A stretch of DNA of 40,787 nucleotides. Source: Candidatus Limnocylindrus sp. ZSMar2m-chloro-G89 (lineage in GTDB: Bacteria; Chloroflexota; Limnocylindria; Limnocylindrales; Limnocylindraceae). The notes below the pieces were generated by a model. The model was not told the origin of the DNA. It worked only from the letters and a program-made list of their open reading frames with translations, and searched no databases. Position 1 is the stretch's first letter; each line of letters begins with the position of its first letter. Shown in pieces: positions 1 through 8,549 of the stretch. A program made the position numbers and the translations under genes. The stretch covers positions 5,216 through 46,002 of the forward strand of contig QWRJ01000005.1 of NCBI GenBank assembly GCA_003670475.1, in the 5' to 3' direction.

Positions 1-474
1 GCGAGGCTCGGACTCGGCGCAACCCTCGCCGCCTTCATTGAAGTTCCCTTCATGATCGCCTCGGCCCGCATGCTTAAAGGGATTGGGCTACGACGTGGCT
101 TCGCTGCCGCAACCGCAATCATGGGAGTGATCACCGCTTCGGTCGCACTGTTTGACAGCGCGCTTTCGCTCACGCTCCTGCGACTCGCTGAGGGGGCAGT
201 CTTTGCGATTGCGTTGATGTGCGCCGTCGAAGTGGTTGATCGCCTGGTGCCACGCCGCCTTCACGCAACAGGGCAGTCGCTCTATCACTCTGCCGGGACG
301 CTGGGCGCCGCGCTCGGCGGCATCGTCGCAGGTGTGCTCTATGACATGTCAGGCTCGACCGTAGTGTTCGTTGCAAGTGGAGCGGGGCTGTTGATCACCG
401 CACTCTTTGCGCTCCGCACCATTCCACGGGGACGCGTGCTGCTCGAGTCCGACGCCACCCACGGTGCCAGATAG
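1..474 (+). CDS. MFS transporter, C-terminal part (5'-truncated by window edge)
   Basis: Frame is open from base 1 (ARLGLGATLAAFIEVPFM...). Several TM helices and MFS_1-like motifs (EVPFM, LRLAEG, ATGQSLY, GGIVAGVLYD). Confidence 0.8.
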   Translation, partial: ARLGLGATLAAFIEVPFMIASARMLKGIGLRRGFAAATAIMGVITASVALFDSALSLTLLRLAEGAVFAIALMCAVEVVDRLVPRRLHATGQSLYHSAGTLGAALGGIVAGVLYDMSGSTVVFVASGAGLLITALFALRTIPRGRVLLESDATHGAR

Positions 475-475
475 C

Positions 476-511
476 AAAACGCTCCGCTGCAGCGTCAGCT
501 GCAACGGAGCG
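476..511 (-). terminator. Intrinsic terminator, best formed on the minus strand
   Basis: 14-bp stem, arms 480-493 and 498-511, 4-nt loop. The single mismatch is a G-U pair only in the minus transcript, which continues into UUUU (476-479). It lies between convergent genes. Confidence 0.75.
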
Positions 512-528
512 CTATGAGATCAACTTCG

Positions 529-612
529 TTAGCTCTGGAGGTCTTTGTAGACCGCAAAAAGCACGGGGATCATGACGATCACACCGAGGACGAAGACGAT
601 CGGATCGCTCAC
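529..612 (-). CDS. 27-aa single-TM small protein (MSDPIVFVLGVIVMIPVLFAVYKDLQS); not in ORF track
   Basis: GTG start overlaps the upstream TGA (GTGA coupling), hydrophobic helix, TAA at 529-531, followed by the terminator. Confidence 0.6.
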   Translation of the reverse strand: MSDPIVFVLGVIVMIPVLFAVYKDLQS

Positions 613-779
613 TTGCCCTTCTTGGCCAGCAGGTTGCCGAGCGAAAGGATCGCTGGGACCCAGAGGCCGATGTAGATGCCGTGCATCTGGTTCGCCTCAA
701 CGCCGATCCCGAAGTAGAAGGCGATGGAGATTGCGAGGCTGGCGCCGCCAGCGACGATGTACAGGTTCTTCGAATCCAT
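609..779 (-). CDS. 56-aa two-TM small membrane protein (MDSKNLYIVAGGASLAISIAFYFGIGVEANQMHGIYIGLWVPAILSLGNLLAKKGK); not in ORF track
   Basis: GGAGG Shine-Dalgarno 5 nt before ATG, C/G-rich third codon positions, two hydrophobic segments and a basic C-terminus. Confidence 0.8.
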   Translation of the reverse strand: MDSKNLYIVAGGASLAISIAFYFGIGVEANQMHGIYIGLWVPAILSLGNLLAKKGK

Positions 780-824
780 GTTGACCTCCCTTTACGTGGC
801 CCGAGTTTCGAGCCTGACCATACT

Positions 825-1742
825 TTAACGCAGGGCAGGGGGGGCGTCACCTTCGCCCAAGTCGACGTTGGCGATCCGTTCGCCCTTCTGCACGATCCGC
901 TTCACGGAGGTTTGGGCACCGTTAATGTCCTCGCCTACCTGGCGGAAGTGGGTGGCGAGCTTCTCAATGCGCTCCGCGAGCAGTTCAACGTCTCGCGTCA
1001 GGCCGCCCACCTCTTGCTGGATCAGGATCGCCTGTTCACCGATCTTTGACTCAACGTGGAACATGCTCACCGTGGCAAGTAGCGCATGCAGCGTGTTCGG
1101 CGAGGCGAAGACCACACGCTTCCCGTTGGCGTACTGCTCAAGGTCGGGGAAGCTGGTGAAGAGTTCGGCGTAGATCGCCTCCGATGGGATGAACATCACG
1201 GCGAGGCGACTCGTCTCACCCGGAATCACATACTTGGAGCCGATCGCGTCAATGTGCGCCTTAAGCGCCGTGCGGAACTGTGTTGCGGCGGTGGGGTCGC
1301 CAGCGACAAACTTTTGATACGCCTCAAGTGGGAACTTGGAGTCAACGCAGACACGGTTTGACGCAGCGCCGCGGCCCACAATGCAGTCCGCAATCTTCCC
1401 GTTGGAGAGCGTCTCCTGAAAGCTGTAGAGATCGTTCGGGAGGGCGTCGCGCACGATCTCTTCCAGGCGCGCCTCGCCGTACTGGCCGCGCGCCTGCTTG
1501 TTCTGGAAGACGGAGAGGAGCTCGTCCATCGGCTCACGAAGGCGTTCGATCCCCTGTTGCGCCGCGTCAATGCGGGCCAGACGTTCTACGACCGACTGAA
1601 GCTGGTCCTCCACGCGCTGGGCTTGCAGCGTGCTCGTTGGATCCGCCGGTGCGGTGCGGCCAGAGCGAAGGGCGGCGACCAGCGCGGCGAGTGCCGCGAA
1701 GACGGCAACCAGGAGTGCAGCGAGCGCGATCGGATCACTCAT
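825..1742 (-). CDS. rmuC: DNA recombination protein RmuC
   Basis: N-terminal TM anchor, coiled coil, RGQYGE..LE, VDSKFPLEAY, MFIPSEAIYAE, SPNTL. Confidence 0.92.
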   Translation of the reverse strand: MSDPIALAALLVAVFAALAALVAALRSGRTAPADPTSTLQAQRVEDQLQSVVERLARIDAAQQGIERLREPMDELLSVFQNKQARGQYGEARLEEIVRDALPNDLYSFQETLSNGKIADCIVGRGAASNRVCVDSKFPLEAYQKFVAGDPTAATQFRTALKAHIDAIGSKYVIPGETSRLAVMFIPSEAIYAELFTSFPDLEQYANGKRVVFASPNTLHALLATVSMFHVESKIGEQAILIQQEVGGLTRDVELLAERIEKLATHFRQVGEDINGAQTSVKRIVQKGERIANVDLGEGDAPPALR

Positions 1743-1762
1743 GCGGTCAGTCTGCCTGATGC

Positions 1763-1784
1763 CCGTGCCGACTGCGTGGCACGG
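1763..1784. terminator. GC hairpin downstream of the 1804-2025 gene, possible terminator
   Basis: CCGTGCC-N8-GGCACGG; no U-tract. Confidence 0.35.
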
Positions 1785-1803
1785 CGGTTGTCAGCGCGAA
1801 AAG

Positions 1804-2025
1804 TTAGAACCAGCCGAAGAGGCCCGACTTCTTCTTCAGGATCGGGAGGCCGGTTCGACCCGACTCCTTCACCTTGTAGCCCTCGGGAATCTCCGCGACT
1901 GGCCCCTTCCCCACCTTCTTGGCAAAGAAGTAGAGCGTCACCGTCTTCCCACTCGCCACCTTGCGCGAGCGGCCATGCAAAAAGTAGGTCGTCCCCTTGG
2001 AGTTCTCAAACGAAAATGCTGCCAT
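1804..2025 (-). CDS. Small basic hypothetical protein (73 aa, MAAFSFENSKGTTYFLH...)
   Basis: Strong GGAGGGAG SD before ATG at 2025, own promoter, Lys-rich (YFLH, LYFFAK, GLPILKK). Confidence 0.8.
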   Translation of the reverse strand: MAAFSFENSKGTTYFLHGRSRKVASGKTVTLYFFAKKVGKGPVAEIPEGYKVKESGRTGLPILKKKSGLFGWF

Positions 2026-2064
2026 GCTCCCTCCCCCTCGCGACACAACGGTCACGTTGCTGTA

Positions 2065-2093
2065 AGACTACGCTTCACTCAGCCCCACGGCAA
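2065..2093 (-). promoter_or_regulatory. Sigma70-type promoter for the 73-aa gene
   Basis: -35 TTGCCG (2088-2093), 17-nt spacer, -10 TAGTCT (2065-2070). Confidence 0.6.
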
Positions 2094-2111
2094 TGGTCTT
2101 CTTTGGTTTGG

Positions 2112-3194
2112 TTACGCCCCTGGAATCGGCTTCGCCTGGTCGAGAAACTCTGGCATGCGGGTGAGATCCACGTTTCCACCACTCAGGATCACCACGACGC
2201 GATCACCCTGTGAAACGGGCACGCGACCGAAGAGAAGGGCGGCGAGCGCGGCGGCGCCAGCGGGTTCCACCACCTGCTTGCAACGCTCGGCGAGGAAGCG
2301 GAGACCGCCGAGGATCTCTTCGTCAGGGAGGGTGATGCAGGCGTCTAGCAGTGAAGCGGCGAGTGGAAGCGTCCATGAGCCGGCGTACGGCGCGCCGAGT
2401 CCATCAGCGATTGATTTCGGCTGAACTGGCACGATGCTCCCCGCCTCTACGGCAAGCTTCACCGCCGCTGAGCCCTCTGGCTCAACACCGTAGATGCGAA
2501 TCCCTGGCTTCAGTGCGCGCAGCGCAACAGCGGTGCCACAGAGCATGCCGCCACCACCGAGTCCGCCAATCACCACGTCCGCTTCAGGGAGCTGATCAAG
2601 GATCTCCAGACCGAGTGTCCCGTGTCCGGAGATAACGTACGGATCGTCAAACGGGTGTGCGTCAAAAAGTCCAAGTTCTTTGATGAGCTGGTCTTTCAGG
2701 ACGCCCGCTTCACCCATGAGTCCATCAACAAGGTGAACTGTTGCGCCATATGACTCACAGGCGGAAATTTTTGCGGGGACGGCGCTCCGTGGCATCACCA
2801 CATGTACAGGGATCCCGAACTGTCGTCCCGCCCATGCATATGCGGCGGCGGCGTTGCCGGCGCTGAAGGTGATCAGACCGCGACGCCGTACTTCATCCTC
2901 GCCGAAGTGCTCCACCATATGTGTCACGCGGCTCAACATCCCGCGCACCTTGTACGAACCGGTGCGCTGCAGGTGTTCCGACTTCAGACGCACGCGACCA
3001 TCACCAAGAAGCGGCCCGCCACTCCGACGCAGCGCCTCTGCGGCACCGATCGATGAGAGGAGTGGTGTGACGTGGAGGCGTCCGGCGGTGCGCGCGGCGG
3101 CGGACTTTACCGCCTTCAAATCCATCGTGAAGACGCCTCCTGTTAGCGCGTCGCGCGTGGGGAGCGGCGGGGGGGCGGGTCGTAGTTCAGGCAT
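2112..3194 (-). CDS. PLP-dependent threonine/serine dehydratase (serine racemase-like), no regulatory domain
   Basis: KSEHLQRTGSYKVRG (PLP Lys), SAGNA, GGGGM, SIADGL, VEPAGAAALAA, ILSGGNVD. Confidence 0.88.
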   Translation of the reverse strand: MPELRPAPPPLPTRDALTGGVFTMDLKAVKSAAARTAGRLHVTPLLSSIGAAEALRRSGGPLLGDGRVRLKSEHLQRTGSYKVRGMLSRVTHMVEHFGEDEVRRRGLITFSAGNAAAAYAWAGRQFGIPVHVVMPRSAVPAKISACESYGATVHLVDGLMGEAGVLKDQLIKELGLFDAHPFDDPYVISGHGTLGLEILDQLPEADVVIGGLGGGGMLCGTAVALRALKPGIRIYGVEPEGSAAVKLAVEAGSIVPVQPKSIADGLGAPYAGSWTLPLAASLLDACITLPDEEILGGLRFLAERCKQVVEPAGAAALAALLFGRVPVSQGDRVVVILSGGNVDLTRMPEFLDQAKPIPGA

Positions 3195-3246
3195 ATACGA
3201 ACGGTAGCCGACGACCGAATGACGTGCGAACAGGTACCGTGCCGAT

Positions 3247-3699
3247 ATGAGCCAGCCTGAGATTCGCCACGCAACCGTTGACGAGATCCTCCCGCTTCGC
3301 AGTGAAGTCCTGCGTGGCGGCGGGCCGCTTGAGCGCGCCCTTCTCCCAGGTGATCGTGAAGGGCTCGGCGTCCACTGGGGCGCCTGGGTTGATGGGAGGC
3401 TCGCCGCCTGTGGATCGCTCTACGAGGTCACCGACGAGGAGGGTCACCGCAGCACGCAGCTTCGTGGCATGGCAACGGCGCCAGATCTCCGCAACGGCGG
3501 CATTGGTGGGGCGCTCCTCGAGGCGGCGATCGCCGAATGGGAGGCGACTCCGAATCCAGTAGCGCCGCTCTGGTGCAACGCACGGATTCGCGCCGTCCCC
3601 TTCTACACGCGTCACCGCTTCAATAAAATCGGCGAGCCGTTTGACTTTCCAGGGGTCGGCGAGCATCTCAAGATGATCTACATCGGGGAGCCAGCATGA
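3247..3699 (+). CDS. GNAT N-acetyltransferase (ElaA/YitI-like)
   Basis: QLRGMAT...RNGGIG acetyl-CoA motif, WCNAR..AVPFY. Confidence 0.88.
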   Translation: MSQPEIRHATVDEILPLRSEVLRGGGPLERALLPGDREGLGVHWGAWVDGRLAACGSLYEVTDEEGHRSTQLRGMATAPDLRNGGIGGALLEAAIAEWEATPNPVAPLWCNARIRAVPFYTRHRFNKIGEPFDFPGVGEHLKMIYIGEPA

Positions 3700-4640
3700 T
3701 CGGAGCGCTCTTTGGCGTGCTCGCCGCATTCGCATGGGGTGGCGGCGATTTTGTTGGCGGCATCATCAGCCGACGCCTCCCCACCTTCTTTGTTGTTGCG
3801 GCGAGCCAGGCAGTAGCACTGTTGATCTTGATCCCCGTTGCGGCGCTAAGCGGCCAACCGATCCCTGACAGCGACACGGCGCTCACCACGGCACTCGCGG
3901 GTGTCACGGGAGGAACTGGTGTCCTTGCCCTCTATCACGGCTTTGCACACGGCCGAATCTCTATTGTTGCAAGCATCGCCGGATCACTGGCGGCGCTCAT
4001 CCCTGTTGCTGTTGCGGCGGCTGGTGGAGAGGCACTCTCACCACTTCGCATCGTTGGATTTTTGTTTGCGATCATCGCCATCGTCATCGTTTCAACCAGC
4101 GCCGACACGAGCGCTGCACATGCGGGTGAGCCAGGAGCGCATAAGGATGCCTCCAGTGGAGCAGCACCACTTGGCGGCGCGCTCTACGGGTTGCTTGCCG
4201 GTGTCTGCTTCGCCGGATTCAGCCTGATCTTTTCTGGGATTGAAGCGCCAGGAACACTCTGGCTGCTCACTGGACTTCGTGTCGCAAGCGTCAGCGCACT
4301 CGTTGCGGTCTTCCTTATCTCACGACTTATTGGCAAGCAGCCACCAGGCGCGGAACCAATTCCTGCCGGCGCAATCCCAACGAACCTGCGTGGACATCTT
4401 CTCCTCTTTGGAATACTCGCCGCGGCGGGGAGTGGAGATACGCTCGGAAATCTCTTCTTCCTCTTGTCGGCGCAAGAGAGTGGTGTAGCGGTTGCCGCCG
4501 TCTTCACCTCTATCGCTCCAGTAACCACGGTCCTCTTCGCCGCGCTGATCTTGCGCGAACGGATTGGCCGCCGACAGGGGATCGGCATCGGGCTGGCCGC
4601 CCTGGCAACGGTCGCCATTGCGCTTGGCGGGCTCTCGTAG
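3696..4640 (+). CDS. EamA/DMT family transporter
   Basis: About 10 TM helices in two repeats, WGGGDFVGG, LILRERI; ATGA overlap with the GNAT gene. Confidence 0.88.
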   Translation: MIGALFGVLAAFAWGGGDFVGGIISRRLPTFFVVAASQAVALLILIPVAALSGQPIPDSDTALTTALAGVTGGTGVLALYHGFAHGRISIVASIAGSLAALIPVAVAAAGGEALSPLRIVGFLFAIIAIVIVSTSADTSAAHAGEPGAHKDASSGAAPLGGALYGLLAGVCFAGFSLIFSGIEAPGTLWLLTGLRVASVSALVAVFLISRLIGKQPPGAEPIPAGAIPTNLRGHLLLFGILAAAGSGDTLGNLFFLLSAQESGVAVAAVFTSIAPVTTVLFAALILRERIGRRQGIGIGLAALATVAIALGGLS

Positions 4641-4695
4641 AAGGCGCGCACCGCTCGACTCACACTTTGTAACAAGAGGGTAGAATCCCTCTCCC

Positions 4696-5007
4696 ATGAC
4701 AGTTGCCCCCCACGCCATCCGATTCGAGACAGCGACTGGAACGCTGCACGTTGACGGACGAAACATTCAGCTCACTGGCATGGAGAAGCGCATGATCGCG
4801 CTCTTTGTTGAGCGGCTCGGTGAGGCGATCGCCCATCAAGAGATCAGGACGAAGGTTTGGGGTGAGAGCTGGACGGGCGGCGACGAGGCACTCCGCGTCA
4901 CCGTGAATCGACTCCGCCGAAAGTTTGAAGGGAATCAGCGCAAGCCAGAGATTCTCGTGAGCGTCCGTGGCATTGGCTACCGAATGATGGGATACCGCGC
5001 CACCTGA
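4696..5007 (+). CDS. Stand-alone OmpR/PhoB-type winged-helix DNA-binding protein
   Basis: LTGME, VWG, LRVTVNRLRRKFE, SVRGIGYR; no receiver domain. Confidence 0.85.
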   Translation: MTVAPHAIRFETATGTLHVDGRNIQLTGMEKRMIALFVERLGEAIAHQEIRTKVWGESWTGGDEALRVTVNRLRRKFEGNQRKPEILVSVRGIGYRMMGYRAT

Positions 5008-5037
5008 TTTTCACCGCACCACGCGCGCGAGAGCCTT

Positions 5038-5460
5038 CTAGAGTCCGAGCAGCAGCGGCTTGAGGAACTGGCTCTCAACCACCAACGCAAGGTAGGCAAT
5101 CGGTAGGCTTGCAAAGAGGCCGAGTGCGGCAGACCATCCTGAACGCTGCACTCCGCGTCCATCTGCTGCTGGCTGCGGAACAATCAGAAAGGTCATCACG
5201 CTGCCAGAGACCACCGTAAAGAGGACGAGCAGCGCCGCCGCCTCTGCACGAAGATCCGCGCCACCGAGAATGTTCAGCAGTGACGTGCCGTCGCGAAGTG
5301 CACGTTCCACTTGAAGGTCATACGCCAAGTAGATCAACGTATAGATGAGCGCGCTTCCACCGCTTGCAAGCACAGCACGGAATACTGGACGTGGCGCATG
5401 TTGCAGCTGATAGAGACGCTTCCCGAAGAAACCGCGCGGCTCTCTCCCCTGCTTCATCAC
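5038..5460 (-). CDS. Hypothetical membrane protein (3 TM)
   Basis: Three hydrophobic segments; starts 8 nt after the upstream stop on the same strand. Confidence 0.7.
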   Translation of the reverse strand: MMKQGREPRGFFGKRLYQLQHAPRPVFRAVLASGGSALIYTLIYLAYDLQVERALRDGTSLLNILGGADLRAEAAALLVLFTVVSGSVMTFLIVPQPAADGRGVQRSGWSAALGLFASLPIAYLALVVESQFLKPLLLGL

Positions 5461-5468
5461 CGCAACAC

Positions 5469-6782
5469 TCAGCTATGGATGATGTCGATCACTGGGCGCT
5501 TCGGCAGGCTCTCAGGCGTGTGCGCCGCGATCAGGGTGATCAGCTCCAGAATGCGCGTGACCTCTTCGTCCGTGTTCCAGAAACCCCATGAGGTGCGGAG
5601 TGCGGGGGCAGAAGCGGGACGCTCGGCGGTGGCGGAGATCCCTGGGACGCGGCGGGTGATGGCGAAGACGCGACGCCCGAGCTCTTCAACCACCTGATCC
5701 GCCTCCCAGCCAGCGATGCGCAGGGCGACGATCGTGGCGTGTCCGCCAGGGTGAGCGAGCAGCTCCACGCCTGGGATTGCGGCGGCGCCTGCGTAGAAGT
5801 CACGGGCGAGTCGGCCCGCTCGAGCCACCGCCCATGGAAGGCCGACCTGCATGGAGAGCCAGCCAGCCGCTCGTGCTGCGCCGATCAGTGCGGGTCGCGC
5901 GAAGCCAGAGGTTTCAAATCGACGTGCGTCGCTCTGCATCACACCAACACCGTCGAGCGCCGGTCCACTGAAGGCGAGGAATCCGCCGATCACTGGTCTG
6001 ATCACTTCTGACTGCAGGGTGCGTCGTGAGATGCGAATCCCCGCAAGGCCTTCAATGCCGAGCAGCCACTTCTGTGACGGGAAGGCGATCACGTCAGGAT
6101 CGAGCGCGTCCGCAGCATCAAGGAGCGCGCCGACCGACTGCGCACCATCAACGATCGTGATGATCTTCGCGGCGCGCGCGCGCGGCAGGAGCGTCTCAAG
6201 TGGGAGGATGCGCCCGCTCAACCAACTGACGCGCGAGATCAGAAGAAGACGCGTCGGTGCTTCGAGCAGTTGTGAGACCTGCTGAATGATCTCTTCATCA
6301 GTTCGTGGTGTGTTTCGCTCGGTGCGCAGGCTCACCGTCTCAATCGTCAGGCCAGTCCGCGCGGCGAGTGCGGCCAAGCTGCCACGAATCGCTGGATACT
6401 CCTCATCAAGCGTCACGATGCGATCGTCAGGCTTCCACTCAATGCCGAGGACCGTGCGCATCACCGCCTCCGTGGTGCTGTGCGACACAGCAACCAGATC
6501 AAGGTCTGTTGCCAACACGGATGCGAAGACGCCGCGCAACTCATCAGCGCGCGTCTCAACATCATCCATCACGTGCTCTGAGCCACGCCCCGTGGCGAGC
6601 TCCTGCTCTTGAACCTGGCGCATCGCCGCATCTACTTCTCGTGGTAGCGGGCCGTTGCTGCCAGCGTTGAGGTAGATCCCCGCCGTCGTCGCAGGGATGG
6701 CGGCGCGAAGCTCGGCAACCTTGGCCGCCTCGTCTGTTGAGGTGGCAGCAGCCTTCAGTAGCTCTTCAGCGCTCTTCTCCAT
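5469..6782 (-). CDS. Aminotransferase class V PLP enzyme (cystine lyase/EgtE/CefD-like)
   Basis: IYLNAGSNGP, HSTTEA, VDGAQSVG, SQKWLLG, RRFE; GGAGG SD. Confidence 0.82.
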   Translation of the reverse strand: MEKSAEELLKAAATSTDEAAKVAELRAAIPATTAGIYLNAGSNGPLPREVDAAMRQVQEQELATGRGSEHVMDDVETRADELRGVFASVLATDLDLVAVSHSTTEAVMRTVLGIEWKPDDRIVTLDEEYPAIRGSLAALAARTGLTIETVSLRTERNTPRTDEEIIQQVSQLLEAPTRLLLISRVSWLSGRILPLETLLPRARAAKIITIVDGAQSVGALLDAADALDPDVIAFPSQKWLLGIEGLAGIRISRRTLQSEVIRPVIGGFLAFSGPALDGVGVMQSDARRFETSGFARPALIGAARAAGWLSMQVGLPWAVARAGRLARDFYAGAAAIPGVELLAHPGGHATIVALRIAGWEADQVVEELGRRVFAITRRVPGISATAERPASAPALRTSWGFWNTDEEVTRILELITLIAAHTPESLPKRPVIDIIHS

Positions 6783-6792
6783 ACGTCCTCCG

Positions 6793-8541
6793 CTACTCCG
6801 TTGCCGCGCCGCTAGTCTGGCAGCGACTCTCGAGTGAGGAGAGTGTCGCCGCTTGATCTGGCCCTAAGTCTGGACGAAGGCGCACGATGCGTGGTGCGCG
6901 CAACGCAAAGCCAGAGGCGGCACGCGCACTGCGACGCACCTCATCAAACGCAACCTCCACCACGATGCGCGGCTCCACGCTGCGATACGCGCCGAGCTGC
7001 GCAAGCGTGTGTGCCTCAAGCCAAATGCTCAGCTCTGAAATTTCTGTGTCCGGCAGTGCCACCGATGCGCGGCCGATCGTAGCGAGGCGACCAGAGAGAT
7101 CATCGCGCACGGCAAAGGTGCAGTCGGAGAGGAGAGCGCGACGGCGGCCGAGTCCTGGTTCGGCGCCAACGATGACGCAGTCAAGTGTGTCGAGTGAGCG
7201 CTTCACTTTGAGCCAGCCGGATCCGCGACGACCTGGTGCATACGGCGCATGTGGCGCCTTCACCACCAAGCCTTCAGATCCACGCTGTCGCGACGTGATG
7301 AAGGCGGCTTCAATTCCCTCAACACCACACACCGTCTCCTGTGTTGCCGCGCGCAAGACACCACCACTCTTTACATCGAGCTGCAGTGACTCCAGTGCTG
7401 CGCGGCGCTCTAGATATGAACGCTGCATTAGTGGCTCTTCGCCAAGCGCCAGAAGATCAAAGGCAATAAAGATGACGTGGATGCGCTGCTGCTCGGCGAG
7501 TGTCTGAGCGGCACCTGATAGTCGTGGAGTGAGCGTGCTTGATGGGAGCGGTCGGCCATCCGCCCAGGCAACGATCTCGCCGTCAAGGATCCCGCTGACC
7601 CCAGTTGCAGCTGCGGCGGCGGCGATTTCTGGGAAGGAGACGGTGACGTCGTGAAGGTCGCGCCCGTAGAGTGCGGCGCGATCGCCCTGTACATGAAGCT
7701 GCGCGCGAACCCCGTCGTACTTATCTTCCACTGGAATCTCTGCCGTGGTGATGTCCTCAATCTCTGGCCGATCGCTGAGACGCTCTGCAACCTCTGAGGC
7801 GCCAGAGGTCATCGCGGCGAGCATCGGTGGAATTGGATGGAAGAGATGGAGGCGAGCCTCGTGCAGCCGCCCCTGTCGCGCCAAGAGCGCCACGCTGCCA
7901 GGGTCCCCTTCAAGGAGCATCGCCCAGCGCACCTCAGTTGGGTCGGCGTCAAAGGCGCTGGCGATCGCCGCCTCAAGGAGCCCGTCGCGCAGGCCGATGC
8001 GTAGATCGCCTGCGAGCGCGCGAACCACAAACTTCCCCGCCGCTGGCGAGCAACCGTAGAGCAGCTGAACGAGGAGATCATGCCGACGCTGCCCGCTCGC
8101 GGCACCGATCGCCGCGAAGATATCCGGAAGGGTGCGCAACTTTGGCGCAGTGTCCACATGTGCCGTCTCTCCAGATCCGGTCGCCTCTGCGAGCGCCGCG
8201 CGCTGAATCTGGGCGCTCCGCTCCACCTCCTCAAGCGCTGGCCCAGCGAGTGGCCGCTCTGACTCCATCAGGTCCTCAACGGCGCGACCGAGATCGCCGC
8301 GTTCATCCAACAGCTTCGCGAGCGACCCTGCTGGCGCCCCCGCAACCTCCTCTACCGCCTTTGCAATCGTCCCCCAGGAGATCTCGCTGCCGCTCAGCAC
8401 ACCGCGACTCGCCATTAACCGACAGGCGATCTGGAGGTCAATGTCATCTGCGCTCTTGAGCGCACTGGCAAGAAGATGCGACTTCTCTGAGGTACGTGTT
8501 GCAACCTCAATCCGCTGCGCAAGGTTCGACCAGCGTTTCAT
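6793..8541 (-). CDS. ATP-dependent DNA ligase (LigB-like)
   Basis: EDKYDGVRAQLH (motif I), LDGEIV, AFDLL, EGLVVK, GWLKVK, C-terminal OB fold. Start moved to ATG 8541, just after the upstream stop at 8550. Confidence 0.9.
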   Translation of the reverse strand: MKRWSNLAQRIEVATRTSEKSHLLASALKSADDIDLQIACRLMASRGVLSGSEISWGTIAKAVEEVAGAPAGSLAKLLDERGDLGRAVEDLMESERPLAGPALEEVERSAQIQRAALAEATGSGETAHVDTAPKLRTLPDIFAAIGAASGQRRHDLLVQLLYGCSPAAGKFVVRALAGDLRIGLRDGLLEAAIASAFDADPTEVRWAMLLEGDPGSVALLARQGRLHEARLHLFHPIPPMLAAMTSGASEVAERLSDRPEIEDITTAEIPVEDKYDGVRAQLHVQGDRAALYGRDLHDVTVSFPEIAAAAAATGVSGILDGEIVAWADGRPLPSSTLTPRLSGAAQTLAEQQRIHVIFIAFDLLALGEEPLMQRSYLERRAALESLQLDVKSGGVLRAATQETVCGVEGIEAAFITSRQRGSEGLVVKAPHAPYAPGRRGSGWLKVKRSLDTLDCVIVGAEPGLGRRRALLSDCTFAVRDDLSGRLATIGRASVALPDTEISELSIWLEAHTLAQLGAYRSVEPRIVVEVAFDEVRRSARAASGFALRAPRIVRLRPDLGPDQAATLSSLESRCQTSGAATE

Positions 8542-8549
8542 TGCGTTAC

